From NCBI RefSeq assembly GCF_006345805.1, contig NC_043004.1:15004001-15068000 (forward strand): a stretch of DNA of 64,000 nucleotides. The letters are read 5' to 3'. This document shows, one piece after another, positions 40,255 to 53,039 of this stretch. Under the pieces are notes generated by a model. It made no database searches. It had not been told where the DNA came from and saw only the letters and a list, made by a program, of their open reading frames with translations. The translations under genes were made by a program, and so were the position numbers. Source of the DNA: Octopus sinensis (taxonomy: Eukaryota). Position 1 is the first letter of the stretch, and every line of letters begins with the position of its first letter.

Positions 40255-40420
40255 CCCCCGGGTTCTGTGGCATATATTATCAGCCCCGTCCGCCCGAGAC
40301 GAGACGCCGATTCGCTGTAGGATTACTCATTTTTGCTACTGAGTGGGCTGAATCAGCATAAAATGATCTGCTTTGCTCAAGAACAAAACGCGTCGCTCGG
40401 TCGAGGATCCGAAACGACAA
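40255..40420 (-). mobile_element. Decayed SINE fragment next to the LINE tail
   Basis: GC-rich segment with tttgctcaagaacaaaacgcgtcgctcggtcgaggatccgaaac, resembling a reverse-complemented tRNA-SINE B-box region. Confidence 0.5.
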
Positions 40421-42455
40421 TATTATTATTATTATTCTCATTTACTTTTAATCTGCATGTTTGATGCAATCACTTGCCGGGGCACACCCAGCGCCCTAGG
40501 GCAAATGAAGGTTAAGAGTTGTTGAAATATAGCTGAAAGCTTGGGGAGGGGAAGTAGAGAAATATCTCCATGTAATACTACACAAATATTTACATTGATA
40601 GGGCTTTTCTGAGGATGTGGGCAGTACTTGTTAGCACAATCTTTTGGATTTCCTTGAGACATGGTTCTCCAGGGACATTGTCTAGGTGTTTCTGACATCC
40701 CTTTTTTATCATACCTAGGGCACCTACAATAACAGGAACAGTTTTTGTTTTAAGATTCCACATCTTTTGTATTTCGATTTCCAGGTCCTTATATTTACTA
40801 AGTTTGTCCAATTCCTTTACAGATATATTGTTATCAGTGGGGACGCTTACCTCTATTAGTCTGCAGGTATTTTCTTCCCTGTCTTTAACAATTATGTCTG
40901 GTCGATTAGCCTTGATCGTTCTGTCAGTGTTGACTGGAAAATCCCAGAGGATGGTGACATTTTTACCTTCAACAACTGGCTGAAGATGATGTTCATACGA
41001 GTTAGCAGGAGTGCCGAATTTGTAGTGTTTAATATCTTCCAATGTATAAACTGTCCTACCCTATCGTGGCGATTTTTGTATTCGTTTGGTGTCAGCACAG
41101 GACATCCAGAAACGAGATGGTCTATTGTTTCGTCAAATGTGTCGCAGAATCTGCATTTTGGGTCAGTACCGTTTCGGAGAAAGCTAGCCTGGTAATTTCT
41201 GGTAAACAAGCTTTGATCTTGTGCTGCCAATATGAAGCCTTCAGTCTCTGCTTTCAATCCTGAACTCTTCAGCCACTGATGGGTTGTTGCTTGGTCTACA
41301 TCAGCATTTTGGCTTCCGAGAATATATTGTCCATGCAGGGGCTTCTGACTCCACCGCCTCTCAATTTGATTCTGCCCGTTCTTTTTTGCAGTCTGCTTGA
41401 TTCGCTTTGCTTGCTTGGTAGCAGTGGTTTCCGGCTCTTCATCTGATTCAAGGTTAATGTCTAGTTCCCTTTCGAACTTATAAGCCTCCTTGACAATAGA
41501 ATGCAGCTTTTTGCTGCTTTCGTGTTCGCACACAAGTCGCAGCATCCAGTCCTTTGTACTAGATAGGTACCTATTCATTCCTACAGTGGAGGTCTTATAG
41601 CAAAGCTCTAATTGCATCATTCCTCTTCCCCCGCTGCTTCTAGGTAGGTACAGGCGGTCTACATCTGCCTTAGGGTGGTGCATGTTCTTGGATGTCAGAA
41701 ATTTTCTTGTCTTCCTGTCCAAGCGTTGGAGTTCCGTAAGGTTCCAGTTAATGATGTTAAAACTGTACTGGACTACTGGAAGTGCCAGGGTGTTAATGGC
41801 CTCAATGCAATTTTTGGAGTTAAGTTCAGTCTTCAGTACAAGCCTTATTCTCTTATATTATTCCTTTCTTATTTTTGCCTTCATAGTAGCATGATGTATA
41901 CCATCTCCTTCGTTGATTCCTAGGTATTTGTAACTTCCTTGTGGGTCAAGTTCCTTGATGGTAGTGTCAATATCTAATTTAACAGAATCTGCTTGCCTGA
42001 GCTTGCCTCTTACAAAAGTTGCTTTAGCACACTTATCAAGGCCAAAATCCATTCCGATATCATTGCTAAACTCTTTAACAGTTGTTAGCAGCCCTTCTAG
42101 CTCTTGGTCAATCTTGGCAAACAGCTTTAGGTCTTCCATATAGAAAAGGTGGTTTATTGACTTACTAAAAACTTTGTACCCATATCTGGTACTATCCAAT
42201 TCGTTTCAGAGTGGGATCAGTGCCATGCAAAAAAGTAATGGAGAGAGGGAGTCACCTTGAAAGATGCCTCGTTTGATGTTGATGCTGTTGGACTGACTCA
42301 TCCCATTACTATGGCTTATAAAGAGACGTGTGTTCCACATGGTCATGCTATTCTGTAAGAATTTTGAGACGGCAGGAGAGATCTTGTATATCTCAAGGGC
42401 CTTCAGTATCCATTTATGTGGGACACTGTCAAACGCTTTCCTGTAGTCTATCCAT
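40421..42455 (-). mobile_element. 5'-truncated R4/Dong-like non-LTR retrotransposon (RT, CCHC, restriction-like endonuclease)
   Basis: WIDYRKAFDSVPH, GIFQGDSLSPLLF, YMEDLKLF, CRFCDTFDETIDHLVSGC, RHD, RPDIIV..LIEVSVP..KLSKYKDL. 3'UTR 40437-40589 and (AAT)5 tail 40421-40436. Stops at ~42207 and 41858; frameshift at ~41030. Confidence 0.92.
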
Positions 42456-42457
42456 AT

Positions 42458-42494
42458 ATAATAATAATAATAATAATAATAATTATTATTATTA

Positions 42495-42532
<38 letters not shown>

Positions 42533-42645
42533 GTTGTTGTTGTTATTGTTGTTGTTGTTCTTCTTCTTCTTCTTATTATTATTATTATTATTGGAGTTGG
42601 TGTTAACAATGACGTCGTTGTTACTATTGTTGTTACTATTATTAT
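42458..42645. repeat. Compound (ATA)n/(TTA)n/(TTG)n/(TTC)n microsatellite
   Basis: Directly visible; abuts the LINE 5' junction. Confidence 0.9.
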
Positions 42646-42776
42646 TCGAAAGCTAATCGAAAATGTGTGCAACACCCTAAACACTTAGTCACGCGTCTCC
42701 ATATGTTTCAATAAAAGTGAAGCATTACTGTTATTATTATGAGGTACAAACTCTTGTTAATGTTACTGTTGTTAGG

Positions 42777-42964
42777 AAAGCGGTGAGATGGCAGAACTGT
42801 TAGCACGCTGGGGAGAATGCTTAGCGGCATTTCGTCCGTCTTTACGTTCTAATCTCAAATGATGCTGCGCTCTACTTTACGTTTCATTACTTTGGCTTGA
42901 ATATAATAAGTACCAGTTGAGCACTGAGGTCGAATTGCTGGTCTGGTACTAAAACTTGAAACCA
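42777..42964 (+). mobile_element. SINE family B (decayed)
   Basis: aaagcggtgagatggcagaactgttagcacgctggg..gcttagcggcatttcgtccgtctttacgttct..aagtaccagttgagcactgaggtcga. Confidence 0.8.
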
Positions 42965-43649
42965 ATATAGATGTTTTTAGGTTGTGTTCTTATTAGTGTT
43001 GAAGTATCTGCGTACCACAAGCATGACGCGACGCAAATCAATAAATTATTTTGTATGTGGTCCTTTGGCTTCTCAAAACGTAAGTCAAATTTGGGTAAGT
43101 TTGAACTGGAAAAAGGGTACGCTATTCAGATGTGGTTATATACTCTAAGAGCTATGTAGATATTCATAAATGAACCCGATATTCTAGGGATATAATTCTG
43201 GTAGCAAATTTCTAGATGAGTGAGAATGTTCACAGCGCACCTAACTGAGTTCGAGTCTTATCTATGTGGGGCTCCAAACCGAATCAGAAAGCAAACGACT
43301 CAACCATGCGCTTCCATTTATACAGTAGCGCTAGCTATAAAGTACTGATTAGCAACGATTGCCACCTGTTTATTGAGGAAATTATGAAATATCAGAAAGA
43401 TAAAATGTTTTTGCAACACAAATATATCACTTGCTCTCGTGGTAATTGGCACAGCTCTCAAAGTGTTACCAAAGAACCTGGAGGATATTAAAATTTAGAA
43501 ACTTATTGTAAACCAACAGAAAAGTGCTCATCTCTATTCTGCAATAATCTTAAGAAAGAATCTTGAAATTTGCAAACGCTTACTGCTACAAAACCTAGGG
43601 ATAGCAATAGCATCCCATCACAGTAAATTATTATATAAAAGCATTTGAA

Positions 43650-43812
43650 TGATAATAGTAAATACAATAGAAACAACGACGTCAATGATAATAATAACAA
43701 TAATAATAATAGCAAGAAGCAGAAGAAGAAGAAGAAGAAGAAGAGGAGGGAGAGGAGGGGGAGGAAGAAGTGTAAGAAGAAGAAGAACAACAACAACAAC
43801 GACGACGATGAC
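43650..43812. repeat. Compound AAT/GAA/CAA/GAC microsatellite
   Basis: Directly visible. Confidence 0.85.
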
Positions 43813-44099
43813 ATACTAGCTGAACTAATGAATAAGCTTTCAAAACGAAAAATTAATAACAGAAGATGAAAGAGAATATTTAACAGAAGTAACGGTAGTC
43901 TAAACACAGGAACAATTAAAATATTGATAGTGTAATTTTCAACTGTAGAAATAACACGTGCAATAGAAATATGATAAACAACGAAATACTATAAATTCAA
44001 ACCCTAAAACTCAAAAATATTCAACGCAAAAAGACAAACAAAAACTGCAGAAAAATGTAAATATAGTTACATAAGGGAAAGATTTTAATAGGAAAACAT

Positions 44100-46760
44100 T
44101 CCAAAGGTGAACATCATGACTCTAACACTCCAAAACTGTATTATGTATCAATTGAGAGCATTCGATCCTCCTATTGGCCAATGGAAGTATAATACAATGT
44201 TAAATAGCAACTGTGATGCATCGAACCATGAAACGGCATCAATAATAAAAGAAACGTGAACTTCGTTGTCGCAAATTTAAGTTCATCCATGGTCGTGAAA
44301 TAATATATTTATCAACCACTGTTGTTACAAAGTATAATTGGTACTCTCTCAAATCCATTCAAAGAATATAATGAAAACCCATGAAAAATTAAATATCCAG
44401 AAATATATAGAGAATGAGATAAATTTGTCAATTTTTAAAATCAATGATGAAATGGGAAGACTAAAATGTACCAAAAGTAACAAATGTTAAAATGATATGC
44501 ACCTAAGATCAAAGATCTACTAAAGCATGGTATTCTCACTAGGTCGATAAAACTCAGTTATTAGGAGAAACACAAAAGATTATTTGAATGAAAGCTGTTC
44601 GACTCAACATCAAAACGCTTCAATGAAGAGGTTTGTAAAATGAAATATATACAGTACTAAAAGCACCAGAAATAGAAGTTTGAGGGAGAAGTATTGGCAG
44701 CAAAAAATCCTAACAGAAAAGGTTTGCAAAAAAAATGAATTAATTAATACTGCTTTGGGGCAATCTTGTGTGTCCATAACAACGGAAAGATTAACCCCAG
44801 TACTGCAAAGTACTGGATTTAATCGAACCATGAAAATATAATAAGTTTCTACACAAAATGTTTAACAGAAACACGGAGGTTGCTAGTAGAGAAGTACAAT
44901 GAGATACCGATGGTGCTAGAGAAAACAACGCTTGGATATAAAGTACAACCCCCACCCCAACTATGTATAAATTTTATCCCCAAGTCTATATAAAATCTCA
45001 TAACATGTCTTCTTAAAAACTTACAAAAACCTTAACTGCAACATATCGCAGAAGGTGAGAAGATATCTGGTAAAAAAGGCAGAATGGATGCTGCAAAGGT
45101 TCATGTTGTAATGATCAATTACTGATCCAAAAAGCTATGACTGAAGGCAATAGAAGCACTTGGTATGGTATAGACTGACTACGAGAAGGTTTTGATAGTA
45201 TTACTCTCACATGGATCTCGGAGGGAAAGTCATGAAAAATGCAGCTCTAATAAATGGAAAATACATGGCACGTGACTGGGATTTACAGTTAAAAGGAGGA
45301 GTTTTAAAAACTAAACTCATTCCTACTAGAAGAGTAATATCCCAGAAGCAATGTATCTCACTGTTTCTTTTTCGTCTGTCACCAGTGCCTTTTGGCCGTT
45401 ATGCTAAATAGAACTGCATGTGGATACAATTATGATAAGACGATTAACAATCATTCGTATGTGAATGATCCCAAGTTGAATGTTGCAAACGATAAACAAG
45501 TCAACGCATTCTTTGCAGACAACAAACGGATTTATCACAGAAATAAACATGAGATTAGTTCAGAAAAAAATGTGCCAAAGTAATTCTCTGACAAAAAGAA
45601 AATTAATTAAGACACTAATATCATATGAGATAAAGGAAATGAAATAAGAGAATTAGACCAAACATACTTATGAATCAATGAACAAGGCAGTATAACAACA
45701 CACGCATTTTGGGGGTAAAGATTACAAAGGAATATTACAGAAGCACCAGTTTATTTCCTAAAAGTGGGTTAAGTGAAAAAGAATAAGGAAACAGACATCA
45801 ATACTCCAGGTGTGCCTGAAATAAGTTACCTATTTAATATTCTCAATTGTACGTTTATCGAACTGTCTAGACTTGACAGGAAAATAGGGAAAATTATGGT
45901 AGCATTTAGAATAGGCCATGCAAAATTGCAAGACTATATTTACCACGAATATAAATAGTTTTGTGACTTATATAGCTAGAAAACTAATACAAAATATCCA
46001 CAATAAAAATAACTATTCTGAATCATGGAAATTTATACAAACGGCTACGAAACATGAACAGAGCAATTACTTTTCATCTTCAACGAAGACGTCAACTACA
46101 AAACATGCTGCAATAGCAAATAACTATAAAGAAAATGGTGAAAGTCTAGCAGAAAGCGTGGAGTGCTAAAATCTAAACTGAAGTCTTGGTTAGAAAATAA
46201 TAAATAGATAATAAGAAATCCCATACAAGACTAATACCAAAAGATGCTGCAAACAGGAGCAATAAAAATAAAATAGCTATCACTAACTGGGAAGCGCCGG
46301 ATTCAAAGCAGATGTATAATATTTCTGTACTGTGGCAGAAATAGCTCCCCCTCAATAGAAACTATGAAAGCTACGTAATGTAGCAGACCATAGTAAAAGC
46401 AGAATACTTAGAGAGTGGAAGAAACAATTGACCACATTATTTCTGATTACTCAGAGTACAACCAAACGCACAAGCGAATAGAAAGTTACATACACCTAGA
46501 AGATATGTCAGCTGTATGAAAAACCAATAGGGCAAAGATGGTATAGTTATGCATAACGAGAGATCGGCGAAAATGGCAAAGCAGATCTATACGGAAATAT
46601 GCCAATATTCAAAGACAGCAAGATCAAGGTAATCAGACCAGGGACTGTTGCTGAGCACCACAAAGTAGAGAAATGCCTTCTAATCGACAAATTAATTCCA
46701 AAAGGTGATAATGCATCAATGGGAGAATAATAATAATCCTTTCTAAGATAGACAAAATGC
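44100..46760 (+). pseudogene. Highly decayed R4/Dong-like LINE
   Basis: Ordered remnants: DYEK.FDSI (~45178), INNHSYVNDPKL (compare INHLxYMDDLKL), LSRLDRKIGKIM, EETIDHIISD (~46418), RPGTV..KCLLID (~46635). Boundaries approximate. Confidence 0.65.
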
Positions 46761-46807
46761 CTGAAATTTGGTGGGATGTCAACCCTTGTATTCAAATGGT
46801 TCATATT

Positions 46808-46925
46808 TAAACGTTCCTGAAAGAATGAAAGGCGGAATGGACATTGGCAGGGTTTGATCTCTGAAATACCGGCCGAAATGTCGCTAAGCAATGTGCCCAA
46901 CGTGCTAACAGTTCTGCTAGTTCAC
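46808..46925 (-). mobile_element. SINE family B fragment
   Basis: gaaatgtcgctaagcaatgtgcccaacgtgctaacagttctgctag is the reverse complement of the family B head. Confidence 0.65.
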
Positions 46926-46927
46926 TG

Positions 46928-46930
<3 letters not shown>

Positions 46931-47009
<79 letters not shown>

Positions 47010-47030
47010 AACAATAATAATAACAACAAC

Positions 47031-47092
<62 letters not shown>
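46931..47092. repeat. (AAT)n/(AAC)n microsatellite
   Basis: Directly visible, ~160 bp. Confidence 0.95.
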
Positions 47093-47093
<1 letters not shown>

Positions 47094-47430
47094 TGAGTTG
47101 AGAAGAATCCTTAGTGGTTTGGATAATTCACCTCTGGTGTTTCGTTTTATCATGTTTAAGCAACCCTTTTTCAGGGACCTTTTGTGCGAGATGGTCTACT
47201 TGACATGAAGAAAATTTTTAAATAGACCTCAACTGCAAGGCCACGCGCTGTTTATCTTGATATAAGATCACTATGTCGCGTACATATGGTTGTGATGAAT
47301 GTGCCTGATGTACCTTTTTCTGACGGGTAGTTATGATGGGTATACTGGGTTTCGTATATTTGACTCCAGTGTCATTTTAATAGCATGCCCTGCTATGTCA
47401 CTGAATGATGACGATGATGAGAATGATGAT
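47094..47430 (+). mobile_element. Interspersed repeat D, copy 1 (partial)
   Basis: Shares ataattcacc..ttcagggaccttt..atatggttgtgatg..gacgggtagt.atgatgggtata..ccagtgtca with 48585-48810; ends in AAT/GAT repeats. Confidence 0.8.
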
Positions 47431-48330
47431 AATATTGCAGCAAAGGCATTCACTTTCCTGGCACAGGAAGAAATACTACCAAAGGAACAAAAAGGATGCA
47501 GGAAGAGTTCTCAGCATACCAAGGATCACCTGGTTATCGATAAAACAGGTTTTGATGCTTTGTAAAAATCATCAAAGAAACATGTCTATGACTTGGATTT
47601 ACTTTAAGAAAGTATACGGTATGCTGCCTCATTCTTGGTTCGTTGAATGCCTGCAAATGTTTGGTGATGCTGAAAACATCACAAATTTTGTGACGCATAG
47701 CATGAAAGAGTGGAAAACCAAATTGTACTCAAGTAATGTATTCCTTGGAGAAGTTAATATTAAAAGGGAATCTTCCAAGGTGGTTCGTTTTCACCGTTGC
47801 TATTTGTAATTGCACTAATAGCAATGACACTTAGGGATGTGAAGAAGGGTTACCGATGCGGAAGAGAAGGCCCCTTCATTGAATCATCTTCTGTTTATGG
47901 ATGATCTAAAACTTTTTTGGAAATCTGAAAAACAGATAGATTCCTTAACCAAAACAGTCCAGAACTGTGGTAGGGGCATCGGTATGAAATTTGAGGTCAC
48001 CAAATGCTTAGTACTTAATAAGAAAACAGGGAAGAGAGCATCCCGCAGAGGATTGCAGTTACCATCAAGCGAGACCATGGGTGAACTCCACGATAGTCGT
48101 ATAGATTTTAGGGGATTAGTGGGTTGGATGACATTCTACACAAAGAAATAAAAGTCAAGGTCAGCGAGGCGTATCAAAAAAGAGTGAAAATGGTGTTGAA
48201 ATCCAATCTGAATGCTAAAACTTTGATTACGCAATCAATATCTGGGAAGTTGCAGTGGTCAGATATACTGCGTCCATCCTCATATGGCCTAAAGAGGAAA
48301 TATAAAAACTGGATAGAAGGATCATTGCTT
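47431..48330 (+). pseudogene. Internal RT fragment of a third R4/Dong-like LINE
   Basis: EEILPKEQKGCRK..TKDHLVIDK, WIYFKKVYGMLPHSW, IKR(fs)GIFQGGSFSPLLFV, NHLLFMDDLKLF, GMKFEVTKC, RVKMVLKSNLNAK. Confidence 0.85.
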
Positions 48331-48835
48331 TAATGCAGTACCAGGCAGTGGCTCTCATGGCTGCTGCACTTAACTGATTGGAAGTGTTATTATGTATATT
48401 GTTTTGTCTTGGTATAAAAGATCGGCTACAGCAAATATTCTGCTCAATACCACAGATTTGCTTGTTAGTTGTTTGACCTTAACAAGTTGACCATGTCCCT
48501 TAGTGGCTGACGATATGCGCATATCTGATCATGAGCAGAAGTAGTGAGGGGGGATTACAGCCAATTATCGAGACGAATTATTTGGGGTTTGAATAATTCA
48601 CCACTGGAAACAGGGTTGTTTTGTTTAACATGCTTAAACAAAACTTATTCAGGGACCTTTTCAGCGGGATGGGCTACACAACATGCAAAACATATGGTTG
48701 TGATGCATATGCCTGGTGTACCCTTATCAGACGGGTAGTCATGATGGGTATATTGGGCTTCGTATATTTTACCCCAGTGTCACTTTGATGGCATGCACCG
48801 CTCTCTCACTCAATAATAATAATAATGATAATAGT
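48331..48835 (+). mobile_element. Interspersed repeat D, copy 2 (longer), with (AAT)n end
   Basis: Similar to 47094-47430; terminates ctctctcactcaataataataat. Confidence 0.8.
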
Positions 48836-49815
48836 GATTCTTAACATTCGACACGCTTACAGAAGTTTGAGGAGAGAACTTAGTCAAAAACATTGACCTC
48901 AGGTCTTGTTTGGTACTACCTTTTATGAATGAGATTGATTAGAAGGCGAAATACAATTATAAAGATTCCTAAGAAACGTATAAAAGTATTTCTTACGACA
49001 CTGTAACGATTGTGCTTGCTTACTGCCCTTAATTGTTTGTGAATTAAACACATGGCCAGCAAAATTAAGTGGAGTTTATTGGTCAATTTAATTACAGGTT
49101 TCAGGGCGCTGAAATGCAAAGTTGAATTCCGTCTAACTTAAAATCAGAGCATAAAAATGATATCATATACCAGAGGGTATCTCTTCTGGCTCTCTAATGT
49201 TTCTGCCATACATCGTTCTCTTCTATTCATGATAATGATAATAATGATGAAGATTACTATATTTAGTAAAGTGAGTTTTTCACACAATATACAGCGGTTT
49301 GTTATGTACAGCTCATTACCTCATTATACTTATCATAGCATAAAGGCGAAAATATATTGTTTTTTAATGACAATCGAAAATAGATACCAGAGTCGTCTCA
49401 CTGAAATAGTTTGTCTAAGTTTCAAGTAATCACCAGATGATTTCATAATCTTCAAAGCAAACAGCGATGTGCCCTGTTCTTATCTATAATAAAGAATTCT
49501 TCTTAGACGAAAATGAAATTAATTCTAAACATACATAAACAATTTCTCCTTTTTCTCATAAAATCCTAACGATAAACGGCACAACAAAGGAGTTGTAACA
49601 TGGTATGAAAGGAAATAAAATTGTGCTGGAATCACGAACACAGAGGGCACATGTGTCCTTTGAAGATATTCCATAAATATGTACACATATATACACACAC
49701 ACGCATATACATATACATATATAGGAACACGTCTACCAATGTCTTGAATGAGTATAACTGCCACATGTAGGTATATATGTATATATATGGTATATATATG
49801 TGTGTGTGTGTATGC

Positions 49816-49933
<118 letters not shown>

Positions 49934-50432
49934 CGTTTATGATGATGTATGTAAATCGTCTATGAATTATATGATTAGCTCGTACGTTATAATATAACGG
50001 ATATGATAATAAAATCCTCAACGCATTTGTTCAAAATGTCAGCTATAAAAGTATCATCTTATTTTGCAACGGTGTTTAAAAAAACCCAGCATTTGTGTGT
50101 GTGAGACAGTGTATGTCTATAAGTATGTATGATAATAGCTACGTATATTCTACTATAAATATTCGCAAGGAGATATTTCTTAAAATTTATTTCATGCATT
50201 CGTTGCTTAATACTTAAGAAGTTTGGGAAAGCAAACACACTAACGTATTACTGGAACTCCCCAAATAATACTAGACGCTCCAAAAAAAGTTTTTGTAAAA
50301 GTGCTAAAACATAAAATATAAATGTTCATGCATTTTTTTTTTAGCATAATATAAAATCAAATTGAAAGAAACATTATTTCTGTGTTAATATCACATAAAA
50401 ATAGATTGAATAAAAATTGCATTTCTACTTAC

Positions 50433-50573
50433 TTTTATTAACACAGCTCATACCACACTTGCCGTCACATAAACATTTTTTCTTCCTGCTTACGCAATCT
50501 TCATGAGTTTCACATCTCTTCAGGCAAGTTCGGTTTATAACATTCTCCTCTCTAGGACACGAATCTTCACTGG
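50433..50573 (-). CDS. Internal coding exon encoding a WAP-type (four-disulfide-core-like) domain, LEV-9/Hasp-like
   Basis: Strong acceptor (tttcttttcttttcatctttatAG) and donor (A|GTAAGT); 141 bp, phase 1-1, open frame: xSEDSCPREENVINRTCLKRCETHEDCVSRKKKCLCDGKCGMSCVNK (8 Cys). The CLCDGxCGxSCV pattern is recalled from the LEV-9/Hasp WAP module. Orthology unverified; no other exons identified. Confidence 0.8.
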
Positions 50574-50811
50574 CTATAAAGATGAAAAGAAAAGAAATAA
50601 CAAAATGAAGAATCAAAGAGTTTATTTGTCATTTTGGGAAATACTTTCATATTTCAATAGTTAAAGAGAGTAATGTTCCCGTCATGCATATATTAGCCTA
50701 AGGTAATCAAGATAAAAATATTTATCTTAAATTCACATATTCTCGTTTATCACGAATGTGTCACTGAAAAGCAAGAAACACCATGTTAAATTAATCAGTG
50801 GTGAATGAATA

Positions 50812-50896
<85 letters not shown>

Positions 50897-50971
50897 ACAT
50901 ACACACATACATATATTTATGCATATATATATATATACATATATACATACATACACACATACATATATTTA

Positions 50972-51015
<44 letters not shown>

Positions 51016-52115
51016 AATATATATGAAGAACTATAAGTTTTACTTATACTTGTGGCCTGACCATTGTGGATGGTTACTGGGCACACTTTAGTGGTGTAAA
51101 TATTCTTTGAGTGATCACCGACTCCTGTTCTCACAGATCATAATAAGCGTATTACGTGAGGGTAAGAGCAGACCAAGTTGTGCAGGACCAGTTGTAAATG
51201 AATCAGTTGTAAATGAGGAGAGATATATTCGATTTTGTAATGTCATAAATATAAAACTGAACGGATACTGAATCATTTACAGCTCAGTCTAGAGTAAAAG
51301 AACTGCACCCTTGTAACGTTATTTATTTCTGCTTTTATACGCTTATTTATTTTGCAAAATACAAGTTATAGTTATAAAAGAGAGGATATTAGCGATAATC
51401 TGTACATAACGATGATAACCTCTCAGAGGATACATTAGAACGTATTCAAGAGTATATTTTTTAAGTTTTCACCCATTGCTTTTGCTTTTGTCACAATTTA
51501 CTTCTATTGAATTTCACTGCAGTCAGTCGGAAAATGTATCAGTGTACATATGCGTAAACAGCTTTAACGTGATTGGGAAATATATTCCTTTAACACTTAG
51601 TCATGCATTCGTAACATATTTAACGCCTTGGAGGATTTTATACGTCTAGAGGTTTTAGTTTTTATAATTCCTTAGGAAATGTTCTCTCGCTCAAGTATAT
51701 AAACTGAGGGAAGTGTGAAGTATAAGCTGGAATTTACTTTGGTAGTTGTTGAGATAATTCTATATCAACTATACGCATTATATTGACAGGATTCAAATAG
51801 TACTTATCAAGATTGTACGATAATATTAATCTTTGATTACTTTTTCATATGGCTAAGTCTTCATTTATTTTTCTTTCAGATATAACCTTTCCGTGATAAA
51901 GATAAGAGAATCTCTATATTTTGGCGTACGGAAATACAAGTGTATATTTTATGTTCCTATAGGAATCCATTTACTCATTGATTAAAATTGCGTGTGCATA
52001 TGAATCTATATATTTATGCAAATATGCAACGTACGTAGATATACGTATGTATATGCGTATATATTATAGTTATATACTTATACATATGTATATGCAAACA
52101 CACACACGCATATAT

Positions 52116-52161
<46 letters not shown>

Positions 52162-52556
52162 TATATATATACATGTGTATGTATACATGTATACATATGT
52201 ATATATTTGAATAAACTCAAATAGTGATATAAGCTTATACATGCGCATGTTGTGTGTGTGTACGTTGATATATACACGTTTGCATGCATATGTATGAGTG
52301 AAGGCATGAGATCATGGTGTTAGGGTGTTGTGATCACGATCATAATATTACAGTTTCAATTAATGGAACAGAAGCGAGTTCGATACAGCAATACATTCCA
52401 TTTCACATTGCCCCAATCTACTCTATTGAATACAGCTGAGTGCTTCTATTGCTTAGTCTCTTACCAGGAGCTATAACGTTCAAAATGCGCTACGCGATAG
52501 AGGAAAGCTATGGCCGACTGGTGGTAATTATATTCGTTCAGGTATAACTTCCCTCC

Positions 52557-52798
52557 ATGTCTCCACTGTCCTGTTTTTGTTCCTAAATTTGACGCTCCAT
52601 AAATCCAAAATTTTATTTTGGTATTTAAGGGACCAACTGTCTTCGAAGACTCATATTGTCGTTGATTGCTCGAAATAGAGAGTAGATAACAGTCGACTGG
52701 TGAAGGAGCATTCTTTGTATTGTCCTTTTTCCCTTGTTATTTTCGTATTTAACTCATTGGTTTTCGCATTCATGTTGTTTACTGTTGGTGACGTCCTT
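52557..52798 (+). repeat. ~240-bp direct repeat, copy 1 (PLE terminal-like)
   Basis: atgtctccactgtcctgtttttg..caactgtcttcgaagactcatattgtcgttgattgctc..actgttggtgacgtcct; matches 53252-53490. Confidence 0.85.
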
Positions 52799-52995
52799 AT
52801 CTCTATACACACACAGACACACACACACGCACACACATATATAAATAATATACATATATGTATATTATTTATATTATTATCTAATTGTACGCCATACATC
52901 CATTTCCAATTAATTTTACCTTAACCTTTTTGATACCAATCTATACTATACTGTGTTCTTTCCTTTTTTCTCCCTTTCACCGTTTATATATATAT

Positions 52996-53030
<35 letters not shown>

Positions 53031-53039
53031 TGAGAGAGA

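Noticed and set aside
50574-50616. Apparent signal peptide MILHFVISFLFIFIA at the start of ORF 50425..50616
   Set aside because: It is the translated polypyrimidine tract upstream of the AG acceptor, and the ORF start codon is TTG, not ATG.
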